From Azolla caroliniana (Eukaryota; Plantae; Polypodiophyta): DNA of 64,000 nt. Below the pieces are notes generated by a model. It was given only the letters and a program-made list of their open reading frames with translations. It did no database searches and was not told the DNA's origin. A program made the position numbers and the translations under genes. The first letter of the stretch is position 1, and every line of letters starts with the position of its first letter. Location of the stretch: NCBI GenBank assembly GCA_043228905.1, contig JBHGNT010000017.1, forward strand, positions 3,968,001-4,032,000, given 5' to 3'. Shown here piece after piece: positions 61,762 to 64,000 of the stretch.

Positions 61762-64000
61762 ATGTCCCTCCGGCCTTTATCTCCTTCACCCTCCTGCATT
61801 CCTTCCATACCGCTGCGGTGGTTCTCTCCATCCGTTCCTTCTTTTGAGCTGAATCATGAGGTTTCCACCACCGCGCCGTTCGACACCGTCTCCGATCAAA
61901 TCGTGCAACAGAAGTTACACAGTAGAAACGCATCGCAAAGATCCAGAGATGGAGATCCTGTTCGAAATTCTGGAACATCTGGATCTACGGGAATCTCAGA
62001 ACCTAATCATATCAGCTCAAATTTTCCTTTGTCTCGATCTGCGTATCCTTCCCTTTTGAGATTCTGTGGGGGTAATAAATCAATCGTAGAAGGAACGAAA
62101 ATCTATGACAATATGGTGAGAAATGGGCACGAATCAGATCAGTTTCTTTCCAACCTTGTTTTGCAAATGTTTTGTGAATGTGGATTGATGAGGGAGGCTC
62201 GAAAAATCTTTGGAATGCAACGAAAACATGATTTGTTTTCATGGAATTTCATGATCAAAGCTTGTTCTAGATATGGTTTGGGAAAAGAATCGTTGCAGTT
62301 ATTCCACAAAATGCATAGAGAAGCTATGCTCCCTGACATGTTTATCTTTTCAACCTTGATTTCTGCATGTTCTAGTAGTATGGCTTTAATAGAAGGAAAA
62401 AAACTTCATGCTCGTGTTATACTGGATCATTCTGAATTTGAATGTGTATTAGGAACTGCATTAATCAATCTTTATGGAAAATGTGGCTTCCCTATTGATG
62501 CTCAAAACGCATTTGATAGAATGCATAAGAGAGATGTGGTCGCCTGGACTGCTATTATTGATGCTTATCTCCATGTGGGAGATATCAAAGAAGCATTAGA
62601 ACGCTATGTGGCTATGTATAGAGATGGCATAATGCCTGATCTGTTCATCATCACTAGCATACTTGAAGCTTGTGCAAACCAGGTGAAGGATAGAGAGGGC
62701 AAAGAAATGCATTCTTTTATTCGTGGAAGCTTGTTTGAAAAAGATGCTATAGTAGGAAATGCCCTCATCAATATGTATGGAAAGTGTAAGAATGTGGATG
62801 ATGCAATAAAAGTTTTTGTAAATATTCCATTGAAAGATGTTGTTTCATGGAATGCAATGATTGTTGCTTATGCAGAGAATGGGTTTGTGAACCATGCACT
62901 TGATTTGTTTGATGAGATGAGGCTTAAAGAGATAAAACCTGACGAGACAACCTATGTAAGCATTTTTTCCATATGTGCAACTTTTGGAGCAATAGAAAGA
63001 GGTAAGAAAATACATCTAGCTATATCTGATTTTATATTGGATTTGGATAATCTTGTGAGTGCTTCTATCATCGACATGTATGGGCAATGTGGTCTTTTGG
63101 CTGACGCTATTGATTTGTTTCAGAAATTGCCCAAGCATCATGTTAGTTTCTGGAATGCTCTTCTAGCAGCACATGCCCATATTGGCAATGGGATAGATTC
63201 AATATCAATCTTTCAGGAATTGCAGGCTGCGGGGATTTCACCCAACAAAGACACTTATATTAGTCTTCTCTCTGCATGCGGCAAGGCTGGGCTAATAGAT
63301 GAAGGTTATGGGTATTTTGAATCAATGGTTCGGGACAATGGAATTTTCCCTGCCATAGAACATTATAATTGCATGATCTACATGCTCGGTAGGGCAAAAA
63401 AGCTTAGTGATGCAGTTAATTTAATTGGTAAAATGCCTATAGAACCTAATATAGCCACATGGTTGACACTGCTTGCTGCTTGTAGGAACCATGTTGACAT
63501 AAAGCGAGGTGAAAGAGTCGCAAAGCATCTTTTCCGACTTGTACCACAAAATCCTACTCCATATCAGATGTTGTGTCAAATGTATTTGGCAGATAATAGG
63601 GATGCAGATGCTCTGAACATTCAAAAATTGATGAGAGACAATGAAGCAATCCAGGAGACATTGGATTGTAGTTCCATTGAGGTAAATAGCCTAATACATA
63701 CCTTCCTTGCAAATGATCAAACACATCCACAGAAAGATGAGGTATATTTAAAGCTTGCAAGCCTTAACAAGATGATGGCTCAAGAAGGTATAGAAAATAG
63801 AGGAGATAAGGTACCAGATGCCTTGGACAGTGGATATCATAGTGAAAAAGAAGGTATAGAAAATGGAGGAGATAAGGTACCAGATGCCTTGGACAGTGGA
63901 TATCATAGTGAAAACGTTGCTGTAGCTTTTGGTATGCTAAACACATCTTCGAAAACACGTATATTTGTCACCAAAAACTCAAGAATTTGTTCGCAGAGTC
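61762..64000 (+). CDS. PLS-class PPR protein with E1/E2 and an aberrant DYW domain; 3' end beyond the window
   Basis: Open frame from ATG 61762 to the edge, absent from the ORF track because no stop falls in the window. P-L-S repeats, HYNCMIYMLGRA, then DCSSIEV..HTFLANDQTHPQ..HSE..VAFG..VTKNSRIC. Confidence 0.92.
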   Translation, partial: MSLRPLSPSPSCIPSIPLRWFSPSVPSFELNHEVSTTAPFDTVSDQIVQQKLHSRNASQRSRDGDPVRNSGTSGSTGISEPNHISSNFPLSRSAYPSLLRFCGGNKSIVEGTKIYDNMVRNGHESDQFLSNLVLQMFCECGLMREARKIFGMQRKHDLFSWNFMIKACSRYGLGKESLQLFHKMHREAMLPDMFIFSTLISACSSSMALIEGKKLHARVILDHSEFECVLGTALINLYGKCGFPIDAQNAFDRMHKRDVVAWTAIIDAYLHVGDIKEALERYVAMYRDGIMPDLFIITSILEACANQVKDREGKEMHSFIRGSLFEKDAIVGNALINMYGKCKNVDDAIKVFVNIPLKDVVSWNAMIVAYAENGFVNHALDLFDEMRLKEIKPDETTYVSIFSICATFGAIERGKKIHLAISDFILDLDNLVSASIIDMYGQCGLLADAIDLFQKLPKHHVSFWNALLAAHAHIGNGIDSISIFQELQAAGISPNKDTYISLLSACGKAGLIDEGYGYFESMVRDNGIFPAIEHYNCMIYMLGRAKKLSDAVNLIGKMPIEPNIATWLTLLAACRNHVDIKRGERVAKHLFRLVPQNPTPYQMLCQMYLADNRDADALNIQKLMRDNEAIQETLDCSSIEVNSLIHTFLANDQTHPQKDEVYLKLASLNKMMAQEGIENRGDKVPDALDSGYHSEKEGIENGGDKVPDALDSGYHSENVAVAFGMLNTSSKTRIFVTKNSRICSQS
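63782..63913 (+). repeat. 66-bp in-frame tandem duplication in the DYW domain
   Basis: Units start at 63782 and 63848 and differ at one base (AGA/GGA). Confidence 0.95.

Overview
Eukaryotic land-plant nuclear DNA. A seed-free plant such as a fern is my inference from the TE types and PPR style; the organism cannot be fixed from sequence alone. Bases 1-44068 are a retrotransposon island. Matching LTR ends and target-site duplications (TSDs) resolves 4114-44068 into one stack nested six levels deep. The island holds six Ty1/copia elements, six insertions of an unusual tRNA-Trp-primed Ty3/gypsy group, a chromovirus remnant, a 5'-truncated LINE and two copies of a hAT-type MITE. Bases 44762-64000 are gene space with no TE I could recognise: a 19-exon chloroplast FTSH12-like gene, a 5-exon Yippee-like gene, and two head-to-head intronless PLS-class PPR genes. 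The strongest signals are in the gypsy group. (i) Its insertions make 4-bp TSDs centred on CG (four exact, two inferred through decay). (ii) One element has a -1 frameshift signal (G GAU UUU, 6-nt spacer, pseudoknot) between protease and RT. (iii) A hairpin with a compensatory base-pair change sits next to the PPT. (iv) Two unrelated gypsy LTRs carry tRNA-like Pol III boxes. Separately, the PPR-DYW protein has a duplicated HSE motif and CxxS in place of CxxC. All coordinates were read by eye, and no database searches were run.
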